Virus record (IMG/VR): IMGVR_UViG_3300036987_000548
Location: 1 to 40,793 of that record
Source of the DNA: a virus
Lineage: Duplodnaviria; Caudoviricetes
Reading direction: 5' to 3' (one strand)
DNA length: 40,793 bases
A model generated the notes under the pieces. That model saw only the letters and a program-made list of their open reading frames with translations. It searched no databases and was not told the DNA's origin. A program made the translations under genes and the position numbers. The stretch's first letter is position 1. Each line of letters opens with the position of its first letter. Shown one piece after another: positions 1 to 9,032 of the stretch.

Positions 1-765
1 CTAGTAATTCATGATCAACAGTTCATTTACGCTTTTTTTCTTATTTGCACCTCCTGCAGAATAAGTGGTTGCAACAACTTCAAACCTGAATCCTTTATAT
101 AATTTTCTGATCGCATCATTATCGTTAATCGACATGATGAATTTACCTTTTATATTACTTAAAACATCGCGCAGCGTCTGGAAGTCATCCCGGCTGAATA
201 TCCCCTTGCCATAATAATCCTCACAACCATAATATGGAGGATCACAATAAAAGAAGGTATCGGGCTTATCAAATCTATTAATAATAGCCTCGAATGGCCT
301 GTTTTCCACATAAACCCTGGAAAGCCGTAGGTGCACCGCCGACAACTCCTCTTCGATGCGCAGAAGATTCAGTCTTGGCCGTGACGTCGTCGCTATACTG
401 AAGGAAGGGTTCTCGATCCGCGCAGCGTAACCCAATTTTAAGAGAAAATAGAAACGGACAGCCTTTTGGATATCCGTCAGCGTTTCCGGATTTTCCAGTT
501 TGAACCGCTCGAATTCATCCCTAGCCACAAGGATCCATTTCAGATAGCGGATAAACTCTTCCAGATGCAACTTGACCACTCTGTATAAGGTGACCAGGTC
601 TGTATTGATATCGTTGATAATTTCCACTTCTGATTCTTCCTTTTTAAACAACAGCCAGGCTGCGCCAGCAAAAACTTCACAATAACAATTATGATCGGGT
701 ATCCTGGTGATAATCTTCTTTGCCAGCAACGATTTGCCGCCCATGTACGCTAAAAAACTGTTCAT
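1..765 (-). CDS. DNA adenine methyltransferase, D12 class (Dam-like)
   Basis: N-terminal YMGGKS, SAM-binding EVFAGAAW, INDIN, catalytic DPPY, C-terminal ELLIMNY; GGAGG RBS at 771-775; occupies the Mu mom position. Confidence 0.93.
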   Translation of the reverse strand: MNSFLAYMGGKSLLAKKIITRIPDHNCYCEVFAGAAWLLFKKEESEVEIINDINTDLVTLYRVVKLHLEEFIRYLKWILVARDEFERFKLENPETLTDIQKAVRFYFLLKLGYAARIENPSFSIATTSRPRLNLLRIEEELSAVHLRLSRVYVENRPFEAIINRFDKPDTFFYCDPPYYGCEDYYGKGIFSRDDFQTLRDVLSNIKGKFIMSINDNDAIRKLYKGFRFEVVATTYSAGGANKKKSVNELLIMNY

Positions 766-776
766 GCGATCCTCCG

Positions 777-805
777 TTGATTTTTGGGGATAGCCCTGCT
801 ATAAA
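777..805 (+). promoter_or_regulatory. Sigma70-type promoter, antisense to the late operon, driving the cloverleaf RNA
   Basis: TTGATT (777-782), 17-bp spacer, TATAAA (800-805), with an extended -10 TG at 797-798. Confidence 0.65.
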
Positions 806-818
806 AACACCGTTCTTC

Positions 819-911
819 GGGTGGATGGTAGCGGGTTATCCCGTCTTGCGCTGTAATCGCATGGTTTGGGGAGCGTCAACTCCCTGAAATACTGTCCGCC
901 TTTCCTTTTTT
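819..911 (+). ncRNA. tRNA-like cloverleaf small RNA with a CU-GUA-AU anticodon-like loop
   Basis: Closing stem 819-830/890-901; arms 831-835/840-844, 847-850/858-861 (7-nt loop CTGTAAT) and 865-873/880-888; several G-U pairs work only on the + strand; followed by a T-rich run. Confidence 0.6.
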
Positions 912-947
912 GTCTCTCTTTATATTAAGCTCCAAGCACGCCATCGA

Positions 948-2282
948 TCAAATTTTTAACGGAATTAGTTTTTTACAGAGAATGTAATCCGGTTTCGGTA
1001 TTGTTGATTTAATTGGTGCCAGATCGTCTCCATTCTTTGCCATTTTCCAATCATAACCTTCGGGTAAACCGGTTGTGATTTCTTTTGTTGGCCATTGCTC
1101 TGTAATACTGTCATCTATTTTATAATCCTCGTTGATCACCTGCAGTATGGACTTACCTTTCGGTATATTTGACTTAATATCAGCCAGTTCTTTATCTGTG
1201 GGATTAATGCAAACAATTTCTTCTGTAACCGATGAAAAATCGATAAATGGATGCTGTATTGACTCAGGATCGCCGCCATTGCCGAAGCAGGGATGGTCAG
1301 AGCATATCCATGACGCTTTTATTTTCTTTGTTGTTTTATCACGCAGAAAAAACAGCCAATTAACTTCCCCAGACGACGTCACGTATCTTTGTTGTGCATA
1401 CCCCGTGCATGCGCTGGCCATTATAATATGAATATTTGTAGTGTAGGAAGTTCCAACAAACAATCCAGCAACGTAAGCAGTCAATCCAACGCCGTTGGGC
1501 GACTTGATTTGCGGGTAAAAACCATACTCACCGCCGGGAAGGGTTAAATTTGCGCCCGATGTGGAATCTGTGGACACCTCACCAGTGCTTGTTTTCAGCT
1601 TGGCCTGTGAGATTGCCGCCGCCGCCATTTTAACTTCGGTAATAACTGCATTCACAATATCGGCAGTCTGAATAGCACTGGCCACTCTAATGTTATCAAA
1701 ATAGGCGGATCCTGCCACATTCGTGTCTGTAAATCCGCCGATAACCCTGATTTTAATATACCGGGTCGTGGCAGGTGGAGTAAACTGATAAGTATATGCC
1801 GTCGGGCTTGTCGGGTTTGCTGTGGAATCATAAAGGCTTACCGGCGATCCGGCACCTAACTCCACTTTGGCTTTAGTATAATAGGATAATTGGACTTTAT
1901 TTTTCATCCCAGCGGCAGAAGCCCAATGAATGAAATTGAGAGTATAGGTCAGTAATTCCGACACCTCGATATAATCACTGAGCGCATTCCCTCCGCCGTT
2001 TAACACCCCACCTGGATGAACAAATTTCAAGCTTTTAGCTCCGTGATCCGGGGAGGTTGTCTCCAGCGCAATCGTCCCGCCGGTATAGGGTGTGCAAGCC
2101 CAGCTATCAGGCAAACCGTCACTGTCGCTGTCAATGTCAAATGAACCGTTGATAACTTGCGGCCCTTGTCCGCCGGAAGCCATTCCGTAAAGATAGTCAA
2201 GATTATCTTTAATTTTTGACATTAGATCTGCATGGATAAACTTACCCTGGGCAATCTCAGCCACCGTTAATGCTGTAAACAT
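948..2282 (-). CDS. Tail fibre / receptor-binding protein with a carbohydrate-binding-module-like domain
   Basis: Last tail gene; VINGSFDIDSDSDGLPDSW...AYFDNIRV resembles a CBM4/9 galactose-binding jelly roll. Confidence 0.7.
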   Translation of the reverse strand: MFTALTVAEIAQGKFIHADLMSKIKDNLDYLYGMASGGQGPQVINGSFDIDSDSDGLPDSWACTPYTGGTIALETTSPDHGAKSLKFVHPGGVLNGGGNALSDYIEVSELLTYTLNFIHWASAAGMKNKVQLSYYTKAKVELGAGSPVSLYDSTANPTSPTAYTYQFTPPATTRYIKIRVIGGFTDTNVAGSAYFDNIRVASAIQTADIVNAVITEVKMAAAAISQAKLKTSTGEVSTDSTSGANLTLPGGEYGFYPQIKSPNGVGLTAYVAGLFVGTSYTTNIHIIMASACTGYAQQRYVTSSGEVNWLFFLRDKTTKKIKASWICSDHPCFGNGGDPESIQHPFIDFSSVTEEIVCINPTDKELADIKSNIPKGKSILQVINEDYKIDDSITEQWPTKEITTGLPEGYDWKMAKNGDDLAPIKSTIPKPDYILCKKLIPLKI

Positions 2283-2292
2283 AAATCACACC

Positions 2293-4029
2293 TCACCAAA
2301 TTCTATAACCGTCATCCCCGCCGGCCATTAAGCCGTGGATATCCGATATGGCCCCGTATTCTCTTTCCGCCTCAGTTGCCGTTTCGAAGTCTTTTGCGGC
2401 ATAACTTGCCGGGGCAATAATCATATATTTTTTCGGATTGAGTCGAAGGCACTGCAGATTGATCAGATTACCGACCACTTCCCGTTTAACCACCTGAAAC
2501 GGCGCATTAGCCAGATTGTCTCCGTTTCTATCCTGAATCTCATCCGTTGACAGCTTTACATACGCCCCTGTTTTTACGCCGTCCCCGTCCTTTCGTTCAA
2601 CTCTGATAGAAACGATCGGCATGGGATCACGCGACTGGCTGACCAGGCGGGAAGCCGCATTCTTAACGAAAGCGGCCATAATTTCCTCGGTGTCGTAGCC
2701 GGATCGGAGCCAGCGGCAAAAAATTGCCTTTTCGACACTTGACCCGAATTCATTGATACTTTCCGCAGCGGTGTCTATTACAGTAGTTAACCGCTTGTAG
2801 CTGTTCGGCAGATCAACTTGTCCCACCGTATAGCGGTCCCAATAGATTGAACATTTTGATATCCGGGAATCCTGATTAAGATCCACCGACCCGGATTTAT
2901 CTACAATATTTTCTGCATCAGTCAGGGTTGCGTATGAGCGGCCCGGCATGTTGGGAAGGTTCCGTTTGATTGTAATTTTAAGATCTTCACCGACCCATGA
3001 CTTGCAGCCTAAGAGTTCTATAATCTCAAAATAAAGCGTGGCTGCGTTTACCGGTGCGCTAATAATCGCTGAAAAATCAACATCAACGGCCCCCGCGTCA
3101 TCGTCGCGTTCGCTGTCAAAGGTAGCGTCGTCAACATATCCGGCGGGAATGGCGCAGTCCGTCAGCAGTATTGTTTTGGCGTGGTCAAATCCGGAAGCCG
3201 GAGCAAAATACCGCACCTTTTGCACAGCATCATTTTCGGCGTGCGTAGCGGCTATGGTGTCAAAATATCCACGAGTCAAAGAGGAAATAATCTTGGTCGT
3301 GGTGTTAATCGCACCGTAATAAATAATTTCATCGCCTATCCGGACATACCCCGGAGCTGCGTCGAGACTGTCCACTCCGTCGCCGGAAAGGGTCAGTTGC
3401 ACTGCATCTATCGTCACGCCGGCGGCGCATTTGATATCAAGAATCGGCGGGATGGAAATATCATTTAGAGATTTCAGGATATCCGAAACCTCGACCGTGA
3501 CAACACCGCCGTTCACGCTCACATTTGATATTTTTCCAACAAACTTTTGTTCGTAATCTCCAACGGCCACACCGAGAAAACCTTCATAAACTTTAACAAT
3601 TCTACCCAGATAATTGGAATTTCTGGCCAGTAATTTTTTCCAAAACGACCCTTGAACAGAAGAGCGGTCTGAAAGGTAGGGATCAATGCCGACATCAGTG
3701 TCCGGTTCGTCATAAAATTCTATTTTAACAACAGCATTGACCGTGAGACTATCCTTAATCTCTGTAGGGTAATAGGTAATTGATTTAATATATGGCCTTT
3801 CGCCTGCTCCAAAAGGCAAGGGAGTATTAACGCTCGAAAAGGCATAATCTTTTGTTGATTTATTAAAATTAAAACGATCCCTGCATGTTGGAAATGTATT
3901 GTAACATTTGACTGCCGCCGTTGCCGTACAGGGGGCCGCACCAAAAACCTCCGCGCAATAATCCAGGCTCATAACCACGTAAATTATCGGAGTCCTGGCA
4001 ATCTTGGCTAGCTCGGCAGCGTAAGTCAT
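2293..4029 (-). CDS. Tail tip / hub protein
   Basis: Two genes downstream of the tape measure; GYVRIGDEII...TRGYFDTIAATH motif seen in siphovirus tail-tip proteins. Confidence 0.7.
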   Translation of the reverse strand: MTYAAELAKIARTPIIYVVMSLDYCAEVFGAAPCTATAAVKCYNTFPTCRDRFNFNKSTKDYAFSSVNTPLPFGAGERPYIKSITYYPTEIKDSLTVNAVVKIEFYDEPDTDVGIDPYLSDRSSVQGSFWKKLLARNSNYLGRIVKVYEGFLGVAVGDYEQKFVGKISNVSVNGGVVTVEVSDILKSLNDISIPPILDIKCAAGVTIDAVQLTLSGDGVDSLDAAPGYVRIGDEIIYYGAINTTTKIISSLTRGYFDTIAATHAENDAVQKVRYFAPASGFDHAKTILLTDCAIPAGYVDDATFDSERDDDAGAVDVDFSAIISAPVNAATLYFEIIELLGCKSWVGEDLKITIKRNLPNMPGRSYATLTDAENIVDKSGSVDLNQDSRISKCSIYWDRYTVGQVDLPNSYKRLTTVIDTAAESINEFGSSVEKAIFCRWLRSGYDTEEIMAAFVKNAASRLVSQSRDPMPIVSIRVERKDGDGVKTGAYVKLSTDEIQDRNGDNLANAPFQVVKREVVGNLINLQCLRLNPKKYMIIAPASYAAKDFETATEAEREYGAISDIHGLMAGGDDGYRIW

Positions 4030-4808
4030 TCCTTCACCCCCTCGAACTGCAGCGTGATTGACCGGTAATTGCTGCTCGTATAGGGCATAGACAAATTAAA
4101 ATTGTCCGGGATTTTGACAAAATAAACCTCGGTAGGATGGTTTGTAATTTCCCATGCCCAGAACACCGGGTATAACTGAGACAAATACGTATCCCACAAA
4201 GGCCGGAAAGTGTTCGTGATCCAAGCCGGTGTTATGACATCGAACGTCACTGTAATAATCCGCGACACATACGCCAACGCGCTGCCGATCAGGTTGCCCG
4301 TTTTGCTCCGGGTGCTTTCCGCAATGATTTTTTCAGGACCGGGATCGGAATTTTTGTCCACCGATAAGGTGCGGGGGAAGCTAACGCCTGGACCCAGAAA
4401 CGCCACGGCAATTTTTGCGGCAATCGCAGCAGTAACGATTTTTATCCGCCAGTATCTTTTTGTTTGAGTCGTGAAAATCTTTAAAAACGCCAGATTTGTC
4501 AATACGGTGAACCCGGCCAGGGCTACAATCGTTTCAGCGGCAAAATTATCAGCCGAACACTCCACCGACACCGTAGCCCCGCAGGTATAAAAGTTATGCC
4601 CCACGACCCCGAGGCAGTCACAGGCCGTGGGCGTGCCGCAATCAATCGTAATATACTTGGTGCCGTGGGCATTTGCCTGCCACCAGGTATAGGGACGCCT
4701 ATCCAGGATGTTCAAAACATCATAACCAGTTGCCGTATCCGTCGCGCTCGGCGTCCCCAGTTCAAACACATTCTGCGCTAAAACAAGCGGCTTCGCATTT
4801 TCAGCCAT
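4026..4808 (-). CDS. Distal-tail (Dit)-like protein with a discoidin/F5-8-like domain
   Basis: Directly follows the tape measure (TAATG overlap); YITIDCG...KRYWRIKI pattern. Confidence 0.6.
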   Translation of the reverse strand: MAENAKPLVLAQNVFELGTPSATDTATGYDVLNILDRRPYTWWQANAHGTKYITIDCGTPTACDCLGVVGHNFYTCGATVSVECSADNFAAETIVALAGFTVLTNLAFLKIFTTQTKRYWRIKIVTAAIAAKIAVAFLGPGVSFPRTLSVDKNSDPGPEKIIAESTRSKTGNLIGSALAYVSRIITVTFDVITPAWITNTFRPLWDTYLSQLYPVFWAWEITNHPTEVYFVKIPDNFNLSMPYTSSNYRSITLQFEGVKE

Positions 4809-7800
4809 TAATGCACCCGTGCCTTTAAAGCCTTATTGATTGCCGGGACGATCTTCCGGGCGAATCCGTCCGCATCGAGGAGATCACCGGTGACGTTGAA
4901 ATGAAAATGATTCTCGACAATGCCCGCTGCGTTCTTTCCACTTCGCCACTCATCGGCCTCTTGCTTATTCAGCATTGCTTCGCCTTCATGCCCTCTGATG
5001 TAGAAATTATCATACGGCACATAATCCAGGCCGTTTTTCGCCGGAAACGCATATTTTCGGCCCGACAAATCGTCCATAGATTGCTGTAAAAACGACAGCA
5101 GACCATTATCTTGAGCCCCGGCGAAAGATACCGCCAACTGGCCGGCAGCAACCTTATCCGAAACCAGCACAGAGCCCAAAGCTTCATTAATAATATACTT
5201 TGCGGCATAAGCCGTGGCCATCGTCGCCGCCTTGCCCGCAATCTTGCTGCCCGTTTCAGCGGCTGCGTATTGTCCGGCGTATTGCGACACATATGTAACC
5301 GCCGCAACGATTGCTGCTTTTTCCAGAGCTTCCTTATTTGTCTCCTGATTCCACTTACTGGCGAATCCGGATCCGGCTGCAGCGCCGCCCGCAGCCCCAG
5401 CCGGATTGCCGTAACTGACGACACCGCCGACAATAGCGCCGACAGTGGGTGCAATTGCCGCAATCAGCTCTCCAACCCACGGAAGGACTTTGTTAACCGC
5501 GCCGCCGGACGCATTTAAAAGGTGAGTTATGCCAGGACCTGTAATGGGATCAAAAACGGCGTCAATCAGGTCCCACACATCATGAGAGTAATAAGCCTTA
5601 TATGCCGACACTGCGCCGGGATTGAGATAATTCCATATATCCTTTGTGCCGCCCCAATCTCCGGATATCGCGCCATAAATGCCACCCGTACCAATATTCA
5701 AAATAGAACCGAAATCAAAAAACTGCGGCAAACCGGTTCTTTCGTTAATTGTTCCCGCGCCACCCAGTGCTTTCAGCAGGGCCGCCTCCGCAGGATTGAT
5801 ATGCGCCAGCATGGTATCGCCGTGCTTCCCCTGAGATGCAATAGCTGCCGTTGTCTCGCGATCCACAACATATTCGTCCGGAGACAATTTTGCGCGAACG
5901 GTGTCGTTGGCATACGAATTTCCCCCGGAAGCGAAGCCGGGCACCCAACCGCCATAGGCAAGACTGATTGTTCCTCCTTCACCATAGAAAGGCGTATTTC
6001 CGCCGCTATTTCCGCTGCCGCCGGACCCGGACAAAAAATTGGAGGCAATGCCCAGGACGCTGCTGACAATATTCAAGACACTCCCGCCGTTCTCCGTCCA
6101 GGAAGACTTAAAAAACAATACTATTTCTTTGATTGTCGCCTCTGTAATCATTTTAGATAGAGTATCGAAGAACTGCTGGGCCATGTTGTCTGTAAATGCA
6201 GTAAAATAATCACCGGTTGATTTTAACTGACTTTTGTAGGCATCAAAAAATATGGTTGACATGATATTTTTGGAATTTGCGGCAAAGGATTTGACGGTAT
6301 CCTGCCCGGCCTTGCCCCAGGAAGTCATTTCCGCCTTCATCTTTTGGAGCTCGGATCTGACGCCTTCAAAAAAATCATTGGAATATTCCGCTTTTTTATA
6401 TTCGGCTTTTCGCGTTTCCTCGGCGACCCATAAAGCAATGGCTACTTCGTTAACTCCCTTTTTTCTGTATGCCGCGGCCTGTTCATTAATAAGCGCCAGC
6501 TCGCTTGCATAAAACTCACCGGCATACTGCCTCATGTCCTTATATATCTGACGCTCGGCATCTGACTTTTCCTTGTTAAACTTTAATACTTCTTCCGCTG
6601 TTTTTTTTGCACCATTTTGGATGGATTTCTCTCTTTCATCCATCTGTTTCTGATATTCCTTGGATGCCTTGACTTGATCCTCTAATGATTTTTGTTCGGC
6701 TTTTTGCAGCTCTAAGCCTTTCCATTGGGCAATTTTCACTTCCGAAACTTTGGCCGCCCGCCACTTCTCTTCCTCTGAATCTATTCGGATTAAATCCTTT
6801 TCGTGCTGGCTCTGGCCGTAGGCATCAATTTCTATCTGTGCTTTGCGGATGGCCTCGACAATTGATTTTTCCGCCGCTGTCTGTTCTTCCACCGCCTCTT
6901 TCTTTGCTGCCGATGCCAAAGCCCCGGCCATGCGCTTTTTCTCTGCCGCCTCTTCCGCGGCTTTAGCTGCGGCCTTTCCTTCGGCGGTAAGGGAGCGCTC
7001 CAGTGCGATTTGTTTTAAGGCAAGGGCTTCGAGGGTTTTATCTGTTTCCATGTATCTTTTCTCATAGTCGAGATACATTTGAGCGGCAGCTTCAAAACGC
7101 TTTTTGCTGCTTTCTATGCCGAGGGCTGATCCAACACCAGTAAGCCCCATGCCGATCATAGACAAGCCCTGTCCGGCTCTGTCAATGAGCATGGCCATGC
7201 GCATAAATTCGGCTTCAACGCTGATAATGTTGATCCTAAAATTTGTACCCCAATCTTGTATTGCCTGTTTTCCCTCTTCTCCACTTAGATTTTTATTTAA
7301 ACCAACTATGCTCGCGGTTATTACCTGCACTATCTCTGCCAGAGCCGGAGTGAATGCCGCTCCGGCCAATACTTTCAGGTTATCAAAATGCCGTTCTAAA
7401 GAGAGAAGCTGCTTCCCTGCTGAATCCATTGCCGATTCATAAGCGCCGGCAATGGCTTTACCTGCCGTCAGCACCGCATTCATGCGAATGGCTGATTTTT
7501 CCGCTTCCGAAAATGATGCAGTGTTTCTGCCTGTTTGCTCAGCTACTTTTTTATAGCTGTTTTCAAAATTAACATTGATGCCGATAGTTCGCAGCACCTC
7601 TGTTTGCGCTGACTGGATCCCATATACCAGTCGCTGGAACGCTTCGGAGGAATTAACGCTGCCGATGACTGCCGCGTCCTGGGCGACGCGGGCCAGAGCA
7701 GAGGCTTTATTTAAATCCAGTTGAGCCTGCGCCATTCGTGTTAACGACTCTCTGGCTCCGGACATAGATATACCGGTTTTTTCCAGCCCTTTGGCAAAAC

Positions 7801-8113
7801 CCTCCATTTGGTCGCCGGTATACCCGGCATTATTGCCGACGACCCGCATGACGACGCCGAGGGTTTCATATCTGGCCGCAGCCATCGTCACGTCGCTGAC
7901 GCTGCCGACAATCTTATTAACAGCCATCCAGGCAGCAACAATTGCGGCAGACGCGGCAACCCAGTTCCCTTTGAGCTGATCAACAATCCCGCTTTGTTTT
8001 TTCGCCGCATCTTCGGTTTGCTTCAGCGCGTCTGAACTGTTTTGGCCGAACTGCTTCATAACAGCAGTGCCTTTATCGTCCACCGAGATCTCAATTGTGA
8101 TTTTGTTGGCCAT
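4808..8113 (-). CDS. Tape measure protein
   Basis: 1101 aa, Ala-rich and helical, follows the frameshifted chaperone; C-terminal GLDYVPYDNF...HEGEAMLN motif. Confidence 0.92.
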   Translation of the reverse strand: MANKITIEISVDDKGTAVMKQFGQNSSDALKQTEDAAKKQSGIVDQLKGNWVAASAAIVAAWMAVNKIVGSVSDVTMAAARYETLGVVMRVVGNNAGYTGDQMEGFAKGLEKTGISMSGARESLTRMAQAQLDLNKASALARVAQDAAVIGSVNSSEAFQRLVYGIQSAQTEVLRTIGINVNFENSYKKVAEQTGRNTASFSEAEKSAIRMNAVLTAGKAIAGAYESAMDSAGKQLLSLERHFDNLKVLAGAAFTPALAEIVQVITASIVGLNKNLSGEEGKQAIQDWGTNFRINIISVEAEFMRMAMLIDRAGQGLSMIGMGLTGVGSALGIESSKKRFEAAAQMYLDYEKRYMETDKTLEALALKQIALERSLTAEGKAAAKAAEEAAEKKRMAGALASAAKKEAVEEQTAAEKSIVEAIRKAQIEIDAYGQSQHEKDLIRIDSEEEKWRAAKVSEVKIAQWKGLELQKAEQKSLEDQVKASKEYQKQMDEREKSIQNGAKKTAEEVLKFNKEKSDAERQIYKDMRQYAGEFYASELALINEQAAAYRKKGVNEVAIALWVAEETRKAEYKKAEYSNDFFEGVRSELQKMKAEMTSWGKAGQDTVKSFAANSKNIMSTIFFDAYKSQLKSTGDYFTAFTDNMAQQFFDTLSKMITEATIKEIVLFFKSSWTENGGSVLNIVSSVLGIASNFLSGSGGSGNSGGNTPFYGEGGTISLAYGGWVPGFASGGNSYANDTVRAKLSPDEYVVDRETTAAIASQGKHGDTMLAHINPAEAALLKALGGAGTINERTGLPQFFDFGSILNIGTGGIYGAISGDWGGTKDIWNYLNPGAVSAYKAYYSHDVWDLIDAVFDPITGPGITHLLNASGGAVNKVLPWVGELIAAIAPTVGAIVGGVVSYGNPAGAAGGAAAGSGFASKWNQETNKEALEKAAIVAAVTYVSQYAGQYAAAETGSKIAGKAATMATAYAAKYIINEALGSVLVSDKVAAGQLAVSFAGAQDNGLLSFLQQSMDDLSGRKYAFPAKNGLDYVPYDNFYIRGHEGEAMLNKQEADEWRSGKNAAGIVENHFHFNVTGDLLDADGFARKIVPAINKALKARVH

Positions 8114-8114
8114 A

Positions 8115-8875
8115 TCAACTCTTCATTTTAACAAGATATACCGGTCGGGGTTGCATCTTGGTTATGTCTTTCATTGCCTCTTCCAACGTTCCTAAGTCCT
8201 GCCAATCTTCCAAAAGCAAATCGTTGGCCCGGAAAGGATATCCCGCATTTTTTAAATGCCGGATCTCCATTATTTTCCGGGTATAAATCTGGAGATGATC
8301 AAATTTCTTAAATTCGCATTGAGAGCAGGCCCATTCCAGATTTTCTCCCTCTCCCATTTCTGCTATGCATTTGGCTTCATCCCGGCAAATCAGCCCCTGG
8401 CGAATGGCAGCCAGGTCATCTAAAAACCCTTTGCAGTTTTCTCCTCACCCGAAGAATTAGCTGACAGTGCATCAGTTTCTTTATCTTCTAACTCTTCCTT
8501 AATGATAGGACTGCTGAGCGATCCCTCAAACGCATGAATTGCGAGCATTTCGACAACATCCGAGGCATATGCCGAAACAATATTTTTCCAGGCCGGATCA
8601 TAATGCGGCGATTGGGAATCAGACGATAGCGGGCCTTGTTCCGTCTCGAACGACCCATCACTTACGCCCAGTAAGATTCTCAGGCCGTATTTCAACCTGG
8701 TTTCCCCGGCTTTGTTTTCAATTTTATTCCCCACGCGGCGGATCAGTTCATTGTTATACTTAACGCGCTCTTCCGTCGTCGGCAGCCGATAAAATAACGT
8801 AAGATTAGTATTGGATATCCGATCTAAAAAAGTCACCTCACAGGGCTTGTCGCTTAACATTCTTGCCATGATCAT
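8115..8875 (-). CDS. Tail assembly chaperone, long (GT-like) form made by -1 frameshift
   Basis: A -1 shift at G GGT TTT (8423-8429) reads GFLDDLAAIRQGLICRDEAKCIAE without a stop into the 8115..8357 ORF. Confidence 0.8.
8420..8875 (-). CDS. Tail assembly chaperone (G-like)
   Basis: Between the major tail and tape measure genes; ends AAG GGT TTT TAG; GGAGG RBS. Confidence 0.8.
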   Translation of the reverse strand: MIMARMLSDKPCEVTFLDRISNTNLTLFYRLPTTEERVKYNNELIRRVGNKIENKAGETRLKYGLRILLGVSDGSFETEQGPLSSDSQSPHYDPAWKNIVSAYASDVVEMLAIHAFEGSLSSPIIKEELEDKETDALSANSSGEEKTAKGF

Positions 8876-8881
8876 TTCCTC

Positions 8882-8984
8882 CTGGATTCCGGCTCGTTGG
8901 CCGGAATGACATCTTAGGTAGGGGCGGAACGCGTTCCGCCCCTATGGGTTATTTATACTGGATTCGGATCAAGTCCGGAATGAC
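8882..8984. repeat. Cluster of three REP-like palindromes
   Basis: CTGGATTCCGGCTCGTTGGCCGGAATGAC (8882-8910), GTAGGGGCGGAACGCGTTCCGCCCCTAT (8918-8945), CTGGATTCGGATCAAGTCCGGAATGAC (8958-8984). Confidence 0.8.
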
Positions 8985-8997
8985 AACCGTTTTTTTA

Positions 8998-9029
8998 CCT
9001 TGATCCTTGAACCTTGCGCCTTGATCCTT
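8998..9029 (-). repeat. Heptamer array (CCTTNNN)n, copy 1 of 9
   Basis: CCTT gat CCTT gaa CCTT gcg CCTT gat CCTT, just after the major tail gene stop. Confidence 0.85.
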
Positions 9030-9032
9030 CTT

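Noticed and set aside
787-842. Alternative hairpin GGGATAGCCCTGCTAT / GTAGCGGGTTATCCC
   Set aside because: The left arm lies upstream of the predicted + strand start and pairing is poorer on the methylase mRNA; a role cannot be supported
819-901. Canonical tRNA-Tyr gene
   Set aside because: No TTCRA T-loop, no GG D-loop, no CCA, and stem lengths are wrong; kept only as a tRNA-like ncRNA
948-4029. Invertible tail-fibre segment or diversity-generating retroelement
   Set aside because: No invertase or reverse transcriptase gene, and no flanking inverted repeats or template/variable repeat pair noticed
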